This document shows positions 1 through 12,700 of a stretch of DNA of 64,000 nt, piece after piece. The DNA lies in contig JASANG010001329.1 of the NCBI GenBank assembly GCA_030248215.1, positions 310,001-374,000 on the forward strand. The letters are read 5' to 3'. This DNA comes from Enoplolaimus lenunculus (lineage: Eukaryota). The stretch's first letter is position 1. Each line of letters begins with the position of its first letter. The position numbers were made by a program, and so were the translations under genes. The notes under the pieces were generated by a model. It was not told the origin of the DNA. It searched no databases and saw only the letters and a list, made by a program, of their open reading frames with translations.

Positions 1-170
1 TCTGCTAGTAATAAATTATACGCATATCAGGTTACGAATATATATTTGCCGGTTTCAAATCAATTAATTTTATACGTATGCTGCACATTGGCAGATTCAG
101 AAACTTCTGATGATAGCAGCTCGCTAAAACAAAATCTAGCCAGCGCCAAATCAAATGCAAATATAGTGGT

Positions 171-372
171 ACTCTGCAAAAATGGTGAGTCAAATTGACT
201 CTTACCAAAATAGACTTTTCCTGACTACACAAACTGAGTCAATACTGTACTACGCCAGAGTCAAATTGTGTCGAATTTGACTCTGGCAAATTCGAATTTT
301 GACTCAGTTTGTGTAGTCAGGAAAAGCCTATTTTGGTAAGAGTCAATTTTACTCACCATTTCTTGCAGTATA
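171..372. mobile_element. Foldback/MITE-like element with ~70-bp inverted arms
   Basis: CTGCAAAAATGGTGAGTCAAATTGACTCTTACCAAAATAGACTTTTCCTGACTACACAAACTGAGTCAA (~174-242) recurs as a near-perfect reverse complement at ~299-368. Confidence 0.8.
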
Positions 373-540
373 CAAAAGTAAAAATTAGTAAGGTAGGAGA
401 AACTTTATCAGTTTTTTTGTAAATAATTTAAAACGGAGGCTACGTCTTATCTTTGCATTCGTCCCAGGTCCTGGTTGCAATCCTATTGGCAAACCAACTT
501 GAAATTTTTTAATTGATATTGCATTTTGTTTTGTTTCCAG

Positions 541-1604
541 CATATCAATGACAATCATTTATTGAAAGCCTGGATGAAATCTTCTGGTTTAATCACAAGT
601 CGAGGATTATACAGACCTCATTCGACGGTGCTTCTGGTAAAATAAACTATTATGACTATGAAACCCAGTTTATTTGGTGACTATTTATACTGAGACCTTA
701 AAAACTTAGATTAATGCGATGAAAAAACTAAATCTTAGCGTTTCGGTCTAAAATTTGTGCTTAAATTAAAGCCATTGGCTTTTCGTTTTCAGCATTTTAT
801 ACAACTGCGCCGTTTTCTCTCTTTGTATCTATGCAGCAACACGTTTAGTATTCAGGTGAAGTCTATTAAAATTGATGAGTGTAAACAAAGTGTCACCCTA
901 TGTTGAACTTCAGTCAAGGTTGGATCCACCGCAACATGATACCGAGTCACTGAACACCTGGAGAACACGTTACGGGCTGGGCTCGTGCTCTCAAACCTAC
1001 GGATTTTTAAGCGAACGCTCTACTGCCACGAGCCTGTCTCTGCTTGAATGGGAAGTGGGAAAGGATTTTTTACCCGACCCTCGCTTTACCCACGCAAGCA
1101 GAATTTTTCACCCGCGGGTATAGCCGCGCAAAAAAGATCTACCCACGACCCACCTTTTACCCGCGGCTGAAATCAAACCAGTTTTTTAAAGATCGCTGGG
1201 GATTCGCGCTTTAATGAAGCTTTGCGACATAGCTTCAATGAATTTTACAAATAAAATTTTACTAGAAACAACAAAATTTCAAACCCAGCTAAATAAAGCA
1301 CGCACCGCACCTGGCCAGAAATGAAACAGACAATAGCGTAAGTTTTCCACCTTAAAACTTAGTTTACTCGAGGGTAATGTCCCACTCTGGTCTCTACAAC
1401 TGCTTCAAAACATCGACCATATATGTCGAAACATATACTGCAGGCAAGAATACGGTGCCGTGGACAAGCATATTCCTTTTGCTTAGAAGTATGGATTTTA
1501 ATACTTTTTCTTTTCAGAAAAAACCTTCGAGATTTGTACGCATGTTCAAAAAAGGCAACACATACCAGTCAAACGTACCAGAACGATTTCTATATTTGCA
1601 TTGA
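541..1604 (+). CDS. Probable last three exons of an unidentified gene that starts upstream of the window (541-636, 793-855, 1518-1604)
   Basis: Acceptors tttccag/ttttcag/ttttcag and donors gtaaaa/gtgaag, all phase 0. They join without stops to give HINDNHLLKAWMKSSGLITSRGLYRPHSTVLL-HFIQLRRFLSLYLCSNTFSIQ-KKPSRFVRMFKKGNTYQSNVPERFLYLH*. No family recognised. Confidence 0.45.
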
Positions 1605-1669
1605 ACATCATATGAAATATCGTGCTGCAATACGTGGGTGTTCTTAGAAACAAAACATTCGAAAACATA

Positions 1670-2065
1670 CTGTAGTGACCCGAATAAGAGGGTGTGGAGT
1701 AATAAGAGGGGGTCTCATTTTGAGTCCCAATCAATAGGAATCCGTATCCCTAATAAGAGTCCATAAGGGGATAGAGTCCTCAAACACTAAAAAACTTCAG
1801 CACCAATAATGCAGAGTTCTAACCATTAAACCATACTTATTTTTTGAAACTACATTCCTAAGTATAACCTTGCACTATAGCTCAAGTTTTTGATACAAGA
1901 CAAAGGTTTAGTTCAACGAATAATTGCAATACCGGGTATATATTAGTACCGAAGGGCGGCGGAAGACAGGTTAAAAATAAATTACAGTCCGTAACCGACT
2001 AGCGAGGGGTACCCTGTAGAGAGGCAAAATAAATATCAGTCCCCCTCTCATTCCGGTCACTACAG
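1670..2065. mobile_element. TA-flanked MITE (Tc1/mariner/pogo-like signature), family CTGTAGTGACCCGAATAAGAGG
   Basis: TA|CTGTAGTGACCCGAATAAGAGG ... CTCTCATTCCGGTCACTACAG. Other copies: 3127-3511, ~26034-26330, ~47968-48160, ~48746-49120, 59334-60161. Confidence 0.8.
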
Positions 2066-2375
2066 TTGTCAAATACAGCGCAATGCAGACACTGTTTTCG
2101 CATATTTTAACTATCACTTTTAAGCTTCAATCGTGTTTAATAGCCTTGTATACGCTTTAACGAATTGTGGCGTGATTAGCCATCATTTCTTGGAAAGTGT
2201 GAACATGTCTAAATTAATGATTTGATCCCCTTTTTGAGAACAAATTGGCGTCCATGCTTATTTTAATAGGAAAAGTCGGATCACAGACTAATTTTTGATC
2301 AATTTAAGTTCTTTCATCACAGCTTTAACAAAATGATTTATCTTCGCATATTAAATGTTAACGATTTTCATTTTG

Positions 2376-2895
2376 CAGTTACTGCTAAGTCTCCATATTT
2401 TTTAGAATGAAATCTTTTGGAGCGCATGATGCGAACAGCTAATTTGCGCTCCTCATATCCCATGGTTATATTAGCATATTTCTTTAAATCGGAGTAATCT
2501 AAAAAACGGAAATATTTCATTCTGTGAAGTGAAAGCATTTTCAAATGTGTTTTGCACCTATCACCAGCTGGAAAAGTTTTATAAAAACTGAAGCATAATA
2601 CACCTGCTGCAGACCGGATCTTGGTTTATTGACAGTTACTGCTAAGTTTCCATCTTTGTTCAAATGACATCGTTTGGAGCGCATACGAACTACATGCTTA
2701 AACGCTTTACGAATATCCACCCTAGGTGTAACTGATTTGCGGTCGCCATCACCCTTGGTTGTAATATGCTTGTTTAAATTAAGAAAGCGGAAGTATTTCA
2801 TTCTGTGAAAACAATTTCAAATGTGTGTACTTTGTAGCACGTATCACCAGTTAACAACAGGTTCATAAAATTACTGGATTTTGGTTCATTGACCA
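2376..2895 (+). repeat. Old degenerate tandem duplication, ~260-bp unit x2
   Basis: Shared blocks CAGTTACTGCTAAGT.TCCAT, TTTGGAGCGCAT, CGGAA.TATTTCATTCTGTGAA and GCAC.TATCACCAG occur twice, ~257-270 bp apart. Confidence 0.7.
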
Positions 2896-3126
2896 GTTTG
2901 ATTGCATACGCTTACGAGACAGAAGAAACTGTAGGGTAGAGTACATTGGTTGAAACTACCTAATTACAATTCAGAAAAAACCTTCGAGATTTGTACGCAT
3001 GTTCAAAAAAGGCAACACATACCAGTCAAACGTACCAGAACGATTTCTATATTTGCATTGAACATCATATGAAATATCGTGCTGCAATACGTGGGTGTTC
3101 TTAGAAACAAAACATTCGAAAACATA

Positions 3127-3511
3127 CTGTAGTGACCCGAATAAGAGGGTGTGGAGTAATAAGAGGGGGTCTCATTTTGAGTCCCAATCAATAGGAATCC
3201 GTATCCCTAATAAGAGTCCGTAGTGCATAAGTGACTCCAGGACCAAATAAAATTGAGTTCGAAACTTTAAGGCGTACTTAAATTTTGAAAGTACATTCCT
3301 AAGTATAACCTTGCATGATCGCTCAAGCTATATTGACGCAAGAAAAATAAACGTTTAATCCAACGGACAGTTGCAGTACCGGATATATGTGTAACGAGGG
3401 TGTCGGAGCTTGGGTTAAAAACAAATAACAGTCCGTAACCGAATAAAAAGGGGGGTACCCTCTAAAGAGGCCAAATAAATATAAGTCCCTCTCTAATTCG
3501 GGTCACTACGG
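3127..3511. mobile_element. TA-flanked MITE, CTGTAGTGACCCG family
   Basis: TA|CTGTAGTGACCCGAATAAGAGG ... CTCTAATTCGGGTCACTACGG|TA. Confidence 0.8.
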
Positions 3512-6500
3512 TAATCTAAATATTTCATCGGGAATTGTTTCTAAAATTATAATGCTCATCTTCCACATCGACCCGCAGGCCGTGGAGTGCTTAATCGTAG
3601 TACAAAAATTTTGGAACCCCATGTGAAATCTCTTTATGCCCTTCTTAAAATTTTTTAAATTGTCCCAGCAAGGTTAGCTGATTTGGGCCTGCTCTACAAT
3701 AATTTTTACGCGCATACACGCAGCTGCAATTTCGGTACTGGTGCATTTGTGAAAATTTTTACCAATACACTGTGCACTATCGGAGGTTTACCGAGAAGAA
3801 AGGCGTTCTCCTGATTTTTTTGGTTGGTAAATTCATACTGCCTCTCAATTGCTTACGGTTTGCCAATTTTAATATATTACACATAGTGTTTGAGTCGTTT
3901 TTTATACTGCTTGCTTCCTCTGGTCCAAATTTCTCCGTACGCGAACATCTGTCACCTGACGTCTTTTATTGGGTTATATATATAAATAAATATATATCAT
4001 GGTGTGACCGGATATCCGGCTTCCACTCCTGTATTTTAACTTGCCGGATATTATTTTTAAAAAACTTCAAAAAAATTTATTCCATTATTCGTATTTATAC
4101 CAAGTACTATCGAACTGATTGACGTACTTTTACATATTTTTTGTCACACATGTAATGTAAATGTTTGCGTGTGACCGTGTACGTTCACAATCTTTATTGC
4201 GTTACAATAATGCTGGAAAACCAAATATAGATGAAGAGTGTTTATTCTAGGTGCGTGAAAGAATATATCGCAGCATATTTCTATGGTCTCTAAGCCTAAG
4301 TCTAAGCAAAAATAATAGCCTTAATCTGAGGCAGGGATGGACGGAGACTTGCCATGAAAAGTCTCAGCCTCAGTCAACTTTTTTCGTAGTTTTTAAATAT
4401 GAAAATTTTTAGATTGATACCGAAATTTTTTCATGCATTACTTGCTTCAACAATATTAACTTCTACTTTTTACCTGTCTACCAGTATTTGCTGAAACCTT
4501 TACTTCTAGTGTCGGTTCCAAACCGCCAAGCCTCAAGAAATCGAGACCTGCTAAATACCGAGACTTGCTAAGACTGAGATCGACTCTCATCCATTGCAAC
4601 TAAACGTAACGCTATAAAAGCATAGTATAATAAGTTCGTTGTTAAAGTGTTAAAAATGAATCGGCGTGAAATGTTGAACTTTGTTACGTAAACACTTTGG
4701 GTACCTTAAGGAACGGAAGGAAGATAGATATATAGCAGTGCGGCCATCATACTGCAAATCTAACAATATATGCAAATATTTTGCGAGAAATGTTTGTATT
4801 AAAGCTTAGCGAAGTCATTTTCAGAAACAGGCATCATTCGTAAAAAATATTAATTGAACTGAAAACCCTTATTTGAAACAAAAGAAACATTTGAAAACCG
4901 AAAAATTTCTACAGTGAACATGCAAGGTTTAGCGAATAATTTCCAAATACCTTAAGTTGGTTCATGAAGGTAGAGTCATTGTTGTCGATGCAGCACAGAT
5001 GGACCCTGTATCTAGGAGACTGGTGGAAATATATGACTTAGAGACTGGGAGGTTTAGACTTGGGCTTAGGCGTTATTTTCTGGCTTACGTTTAGGTCTAT
5101 GCTTACCACGTACGATACCGTATGGTGACAGTATCGCACGGTGACGGACGGCGACGTATTGCGCCACCCTAACACAAGCCGCGCAAATTTAATGAATTAA
5201 TTGGAATTGGATTTTGTATCCATTTTGGCATAGTTTTGATTAACTGCTCTTCATGAAGCACTGTTTATTGTCGCATTTGCGAATGAATAAACAAGTAATT
5301 CTGATGTATATATTAATTGCTAAAGCATAGCTGGCTGGCTGCAAATAACGAGTTAAAAATGACGCGTTGTAATCTTCTTTGAATCATACAACTTATTTTT
5401 GTTATGTGGCACAGGTCTACAATTTCATTCAGATTTAACATACTCGCATAGCAACCATGTTTTAAGAGGGCACACCTAAAGATTTACATTAATAAAAGTT
5501 AGGTTCAAATTTTCACAGCCGGGCCAAAACTTACGTCGGCTGACCACCTCGAATGTTCTTCTTTATACGGGCATACAGATAACTTTCATATCATCGAGAT
5601 GTTTTACTGCACACATGACAAGAGAAAATGCCAATTAAAACTATGAAATTTACTTCACCAATCGCTTGCTCGCGTAATGTCAAAGTTTGCCCAAAAATTA
5701 TCTGCGAATACTCCTTTTTAAGAAACCATGAATTGAATGGGTGGCCCATGTTACTTTTAGTGCCGACCAGGTTCTGGTGGGTCTGTAAAAGAATATGGTT
5801 AGATTCTAGACATTTTGTGCCTAGGCTTTGGCTTAAGAATACGTTTTTTCAACGCTTCGACTTAGGAATATGCTTAAGCAACTGTTACTGCCCTAAAAAT
5901 AACGTTGGTTGAATGGGTTATCAACTACTCCCTTTTATGCTTAGGTGTAACATGTTTCGGCAGCCGGTAAATACGGTTTCAATACGGCAAAGCCCAACAT
6001 ATGCTCACCGGTTGCAACTTAGCATTGAAACAAGATCGCAAAAACGAATTCCATCTTGGTCAAGTATCAATTAGCATAGTGACAAAGTTGGATTGACGTA
6101 TTGGCGGTGGATTCACTAAATAATCCTAAAGTAAAAATAAAATGAAATATGATTAAATGTATTTACTGAATTTTTAAAATATTTCAAATTTTCTATCACA
6201 ACGATGGCCCAAGTTAATTTTAGGTGTATAGCCCTTCACAGCAATAAACTACACCGATGCTTCAATTGTATGTTTGCTTAGGCTTAGGTTTAAGAGTAAG
6301 CTTAGGCTGGCATTACGCTCCAAAAGTAACATCGATACGTAATACGAATGTGAAACTGAAATGAAGATGGTGCTGTTAAAACAGTTCTTGATACAGTTTT
6401 ATTAGTAGCCCTTTTAAAGGCTCAAGCAAAAAATGCAATAGCATGCGCATGAAGCGAGACATTGGCTGAGTTTCTGAAATCTTAAGTATATATTTGCTTA

Positions 6501-7082
6501 AGTTATGCTTAAATAATTACTCAAGTCGCAGCTTAAGTAAACACTTAAATTTTCGAGCAAAAACCAAATAAGCGCCAAATGTCCGACATCGTCGTAACAA
6601 GAAAGTAATAGTTTTGCTTAGTATTAATGACACAGCATGCGTATGAAGGGTTAACTTGTAGTATGTAACACTTTGAAAAAAGATAAAACAGTTAATTACT
6701 TTATGTGCTAAGCAATTACTTAACCATTTCATTTTTAAAAGCGTACTTAATAAAGTGAATACTGAAGTCAGTGACGAAATTTGATAAATTACAGATTTAC
6801 ATTTCACGCATATTAACCTTGGTATAATTAAAGTAGACTCACGATGCCTTCTTAAACCAAAGCTGTGACTTTCTTGCTATGATAGTGGTTTAAATCTGGC
6901 GTTTATTGTTTTCGCTCAAAATTTAGGTACTTAAGTGCACTTGAGTAACTTACCTAAGTATAACTTTTAGTAAATATTCAGTAAGATTTCAGTAACCCAA
7001 TCATTCACTAAAATTAATTTTTCTAAAATTCAAACAAGAGTTTTCATATTGTTTTTGCATCTGTGATTTGTATAGTGACGGC

Positions 7083-7221
7083 GGTCCATGTACAGAACAG
7101 GCCAGAAAAGTACTATAAGCATATTCCTAAGCCTACGCCTAAGCAAAAATTTAGTCTAAAGCTTAAACTGACTGTTACAGCCCCTCCGGAAAACGATCCG
7201 GCCCTGTTCTATACATGGGCC
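7083..7221. mobile_element. Merlin-like MITE carrying telomeric (GCCTAA) repeats
   Basis: TIRs GGTCCATGTACAGAACAGG / CCTGTTCTATACATGGGCC. Perfect 8-bp TSD GTGACGGC (7075-7082, 7222-7229). Core CCTAAGCCTACGCCTAAGCAAAAATTTAGTCTAAAGC. Confidence 0.85.
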
Positions 7222-9790
7222 GTGACGGCTATACCTGTTTAGTATATCATCATAGTATTTGAGCCGTGTATTACTCGACAAGGAGCCATTTCTAAAATAC
7301 TCAGATCTATATCGATGAGTTGAACTCAGCTCATTCGGGGTGAGATGAGTTTACTCAAATAGCTGAACTAATAGCTTAATGTACGCATTGCTTGTAACAA
7401 CTCCTCTTTTGACGCTTCTATATCGAGTAAAGTTTTCTAACCATCCCAGGTGGAAAAGCGTATGTATGTAAGTGTACCGGCATAGAGAGCTAGCTAAACA
7501 CAAAAATATAAGATGACTTGTTGTTTTGGCTTAAAAATACACTTAAAATTTCTAACAATAATTGCTAAATAGTTTTTTGTCGCTGACTTAAAAATTTTGC
7601 AACATTTTCTACAACTTGTGATGTATTTGGAGGGTCAGAAACGAAACGAAAATTGTCGTTACGTTCAAATTTACCGTTAAGTGTTTGCACTCTAGTAAAA
7701 CGATTGTAGTTTGAAACACATTTTTAAAGCGAAAGATTTTTGACATGTTCGTAAACGGGTGATAGTTACGAAATGTGGCTATAGGTTATAAGCTAGTGCA
7801 CTGTAAATTCAAATGAGTTAATAGCGAGTTAATTATTTCAGCGTTAATAACGGTCTAAGCATTAAGTGACAATCACTTCACTCTGAGTTGAGATCATTTC
7901 AGCTGAGTTGATTAAATATCTCGGAACGAGTTGAATCAACTCAAAAATTTGAGTTCTGATAATCCTATCTCAGAAGTCTGAATTTGAATTAGAATTTGCA
8001 GCTTGCACACCAGTACGTTCACAATTAGATGCAGGCAATATTAGAGAAAGAGTGGGACTGGTCAGATTTAGTTTCACCCTGCAAATACATTTCCTTATAT
8101 CTGTACGTATCTAGTTTTTCTAAAGCTCAAAGTAAGCGTAACGACAAACGAAGCCACTCACTATTGCAGTTGAATAGTAGTAACGCTGACTAATTTGGAA
8201 GATAATTATAAAACAAAGATTTCATTTTGTTGAGGGTCACTAATTCCAACCGACAAACTGGGCGTTTATATTGGAGCCAGAAGGTACGTACGTCAACCCC
8301 AGCCCTCCAATGTACTACTAGTTTGCAAGAGTTTTCCAAATCTAGAGTTCACCATTAAACAGGTATAACTCAAAGCGAGTAAATATTCAACGTAATCAAC
8401 TAAAGTTAGCACTCACGCAGGAGTTTTAAGCATTCAATTCACATCATCTTAATCAAGTGCGGAAATTTCCTGTAAATGGCTTATAAACAATCAAACCGCC
8501 ATCTCGGCTGATTAATCAACTCAAGTTCACAATAATATTGGCTGGCAAACAATGTTGAATAGGGCAGACGTGATCTCAACAAATTCAAGAACAAAAAACC
8601 CGAAGACCGGAAACTTTTGCTCTTCGTGCCAATTGAAACATTTTTAATCTGCAACAGATTGACAATAATATATTGGAAATAAATATTACTATTGTAATTT
8701 CTATAAATGAACGTTATGTTAATTTTTCTTGACTAAAAATCAGCTAAAACCTCCGAGTTGCCGTACGTTTATTAAAGTGAAATTATTTCTAACAGGTAAG
8801 TATTCACGATATTGTATATAAATTCGGCATTCTGCTTAAGAGCTGTCTGCTTTCCAACTGTAATAGTGTCAAATGTGAAATTTTACTAGCTCAAATCTAA
8901 TTTGTTCTTGCTTTACAACATCATATTTTGGCCGATTTGAATAAGGCAAGTTCGTATAGATTCAGTGATGGTAAATGGATATGTTCGGCTAATAACCAAT
9001 TTGTCAAACTTGTCAAAATTTACGAAGATTTGTTTCTAAAGTTTACAGTAATTTTTACAGCATCGCTGGAAAAAATCGAAGAATAAAATTTTCGCTTATT
9101 TTATTTCAAAATTAAAATTAATATTTGAAACAACTGATAAAAGTCCGTTTTTGAACAGTTTTACACGGACGCGTGTTTAATTTGTTAATTTTTCTATTTT
9201 TACTATTTTATTTTGGGAAATGTTGCGAAATTGCAAAGTGAATATATTACTAGTATACCATACGTATTTTACGCTGTATACGAAGACTTAAAACTGAGGG
9301 ATCGAGTTAGTTTTCGTATTGTTATAGTGTTCAGCACAAGTATATCAACGTTCACCATAGGGATTGTTACGGAAGCTGAAAGACCTGAACACATTGATGA
9401 TAGTATGTTGGTGTCTTTCGGGCCCGTAGCCAAGAAGGGTCCCTGGGGGTAAACCCTTTGGAAAAATTTTAGCACCCCCCTTTTTGTTTAGGTATTTAGC
9501 ATAATTTTGCCTAAACTGTTAAAATCTGGCGAAACCTATAAATCCGGGTCGGTTTTTGAAGTGAAGGGATGCGAATTGTCAGCGTTCAATATTTTCATTC
9601 GTAGAAATTTTTCGGCTGCCATTGTCAGCACATTTGAATAATGTTTTATATTTAAAAAAATTAAAATTATGCCGCAAAATTTACATTTGTAAGCGTTTGT
9701 TTACCAATGCAGTTTACGTCCGTTTTTAGTATTTGGGTGGTTAATTTCAATAAGCCAGAAATATAGAGTTCAACTTTAGGTTAATTAATC

Positions 9791-12700
9791 ATGCAGTCAA
9801 CAGGTTATCTTTCATAATTGTAAGCATGTGAAACATACGCCAAAGCATTGCACTATGTCACTTGCCTGCAGCATACGGTCGTATAGCCGACGATAAAAAT
9901 TGTCCAAGAGGCAGGCTGCGTGGCCCAGTGGTATAACGTTTGCCTCCCTGGTATGCCTTCGTTTCAAACTACTTAATTAAAGGGTCTGAATTCCTGATTG
10001 TGAACTAGACTGACAATAATATAAATTTTAAATGGCAAATGTTACTTTATGGGGCGTAACAGTAGATTAAGCGTATTCCTAAGCCTAAGTCTAAGCCTAA
10101 GCGTTGCAAAAATGAGTTCCTATGGCTATGCCTAAGCCTAAGCCTAAGCAAAAAAATTCAATCTAGAATCTAAATCTATTCGTTTATTGACCTACCAGAA
10201 ACCTGGACGCTCCTACCAGAAGCCTGGAGGCCCCTTAAAGTAACATGGGCCATTTTAATGATGCTTCATAAAGAAGATTTTAAACCTCATATTCCAGTAA
10301 CTTTGGCTATTCTGTTTACAGGTCACTCTTCTACAGGCAGCTCCAACAAATCGTACAAAGTAGACTTTGATCAAGGTAATGTATTGCAGTATATAAAATG
10401 CTTGAAAGTTTATAGTAAAGGTTTTGAGACAATTTTATGATTTTTGATTAGAATTGTAGGTCTATATAAAATAATGCATAACAGATTTTGAATGAATGAA
10501 CGAATTAATCAAACACTCACCAATACAAACTGGTATTGTGAGTACACGGTCTATAGCAACAACCATAACGTTCTTTGGTCGAAGAATCGAATCTTTGTTT
10601 CACTTAGCAAGTGTATTCAGATTAATGCAAATATTGGTGACAAATAACGCTAACGGCTACGTTTTATTGTATATTATACATTCTTGCACAACACCTCACT
10701 TAAAGCTAGACTTTTTAAAAACTGAAAAAATATTTAGGTTCGAAAACATCCGGGTGGCTTCAGTTGTCAATTCATCCAAGTAAGTCCTTGTTCCAAGTGC
10801 TTAACATACATTAAGCAATATCGGGTGCTGCTTACCGCACTGAAAGGAACTTGTCTGGCTTTTTATGGAAACAAAAAAACAAAAAACATTGTTGAAATGT
10901 CTCTGTTTCCAATTTCGGCCGATGTAAAGATCAGGGGCGCAAAGTTTTTCCGCGGGACTGCAATAGAGTCAGCTCTAAACAATATTTTGCTGCGGCCTAA
11001 GCTTAGGCTTAGGCTTTGGCTAAGATTTAAGCTCATTCTTACGCTTAGGCTTAAGTTTAGGCTTAGGCTTAGGCCTAGCAATAGGCTTGTACAATTAAGT
11101 GTCTCAGTTCAGTATAGATTAAGTTTCCCCGAGCCACGCAGTATCTCAGCGTTCCAGCTTCCTGGTACTCTTGTTATTGCTGTCTTCCCAGGTTTTGTAC
11201 TTTGTCAGAAGTGAAATTGTTGAACGGGTAATTTTGAATTGCTGATTGCACTATTTTTAACACGGTGGTGTGATGGGAGAAGTTTGATATAATGAAACTT
11301 CCACCTGGAAAACTTGACAGTACTGCATATAGCTCTGGCAACAATATGGCATTTTTGGTTTGGGCTGCAATTAGTCGAACTAATCAAAAAGCTTTAAAAT
11401 TTAAATTTTAATACTAAGCCAGCCTGCTTCGCATTGCTGGCGCTATAGCAAAAACCAGTAAACATTTCGATGTAACGTTGATAAAAGCCTTAGCGGACGA
11501 TTGCACGGCTGCAAATTTGAACCAATATAAATGCCAAAAAATTAACCGAAAAATTCATCAATGTGCAACTGTGGAAAACGTCTTTTCTGGCCCAGTAAAC
11601 TCATTTAAGCCAGAAAACAATTTGTTAAATTTTCGAAACTTGATACTTTCGCGTTTTTTATATGTTAACCTCGAAAACTGTGTGCGATTTAAAAAAATAA
11701 AAACTGCTTGCTTGTAGGTAGCGTCGACTCTTCATGTTCGGATCACGGCAACGGATATAGCACGGATGCTCCTGAAAGTAAGAAAGAAAAACTGTGGAAC
11801 TATTGTTTTTGATTTAATTAACCCATTCCCTGTTTGGAGTGCAGTTTGTCAAGGGAAAATAAACCTCAGTTGTAGCTAAATTGGATCGAATGATAAATCT
11901 CATGGTTGCGGATCGCCGAGAGGGCAGCGTAAACCAGTAATATTTGTAGCTTTAAAGATAGTAAACTGTAAATTTTTCGCTTAAAGATAGTAAACTGTAA
12001 ATTTTTCGCTTAACCCTTTCTTACATGAATATTTTTTATTTCCCCTGAGACCTACTTTTATGCTAGGATTCGAACTCCAGTATATGGAGTGGGAGGCGTA
12101 TACCATCACCACTCAGCTATAGGAGCTTGCAATTATTAAACACGGTGCGATATATATTATTTAACGTATATACACTGCGCTGAGTTGCCTATAGGCAACT
12201 CAATGTGAGAAGGGGTTAATACAAAGCGCTGTCTCAAGCAGGATTGAATACTGGAAAAAACCTATGGGATAAAACGGTTTTGTCACTTTTTTCATTTTTC
12301 CAATAAAACATCAAATTATGTTGACAGATTTCTTGCCAATCTAAAACGCACAAGTTTGTGATCGGCAAGCTGGCAAATGCTATTCGTTAGACATCTGACA
12401 CTGTTGCAGCGTGAACCCTTATAAAGTGCTATGAAAATGTTGATACAGTAAACATAGTCATGCGATAGTCCTAGTCTTAGCATCGATTTGGCACCCAATT
12501 TAGTGTCCTCTAAAACGTCTTTGCATTTGTTGAAGCATGATTATAAGGTACTTAATAGAACAGGATTTGGTGGTTTTTCCGGAAAGGGCAGAAAACACCC
12601 AACCATGGTACCAAACAAATGCTTTAACATTAACGATGCAGGCTAATGGATAGGATATTTTACCTTTAAAACTCACCAATAATATTCTGAAGTTCTAGCG

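Larger units (their letters stand above)
1513..3219 (+). repeat. Identical-looking ~250-bp direct duplication (1513-1762 and 2970-3219)
   Basis: Both copies run from TTCAGAAAAAACCTTCGAG to CCCTAATAAGAGTCC at an offset of 1457. The ORF track shows identical 62-aa antisense ORFs in the two copies. Confidence 0.9.

Noticed and set aside
8744..8795. Exon with strong donor CAG|GTAAGT
   Set aside because: No supported coding link; it may be a 5' UTR exon of the long stum isoform, but this cannot be verified here.
9912..9970. tRNA-like start GGCTGCGTGGCCCAGTGGTATAACG
   Set aside because: An A-box-like motif is present, but there is no intact T-arm/B-box or closing acceptor stem; at most a decayed tRNA-derived fragment.
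10825..11214. ORFs with LRLRLR / LSLSLS runs (also at 46389 and 51505)
   Set aside because: They are translations of TTAGGC tracts in telomeric MITEs.
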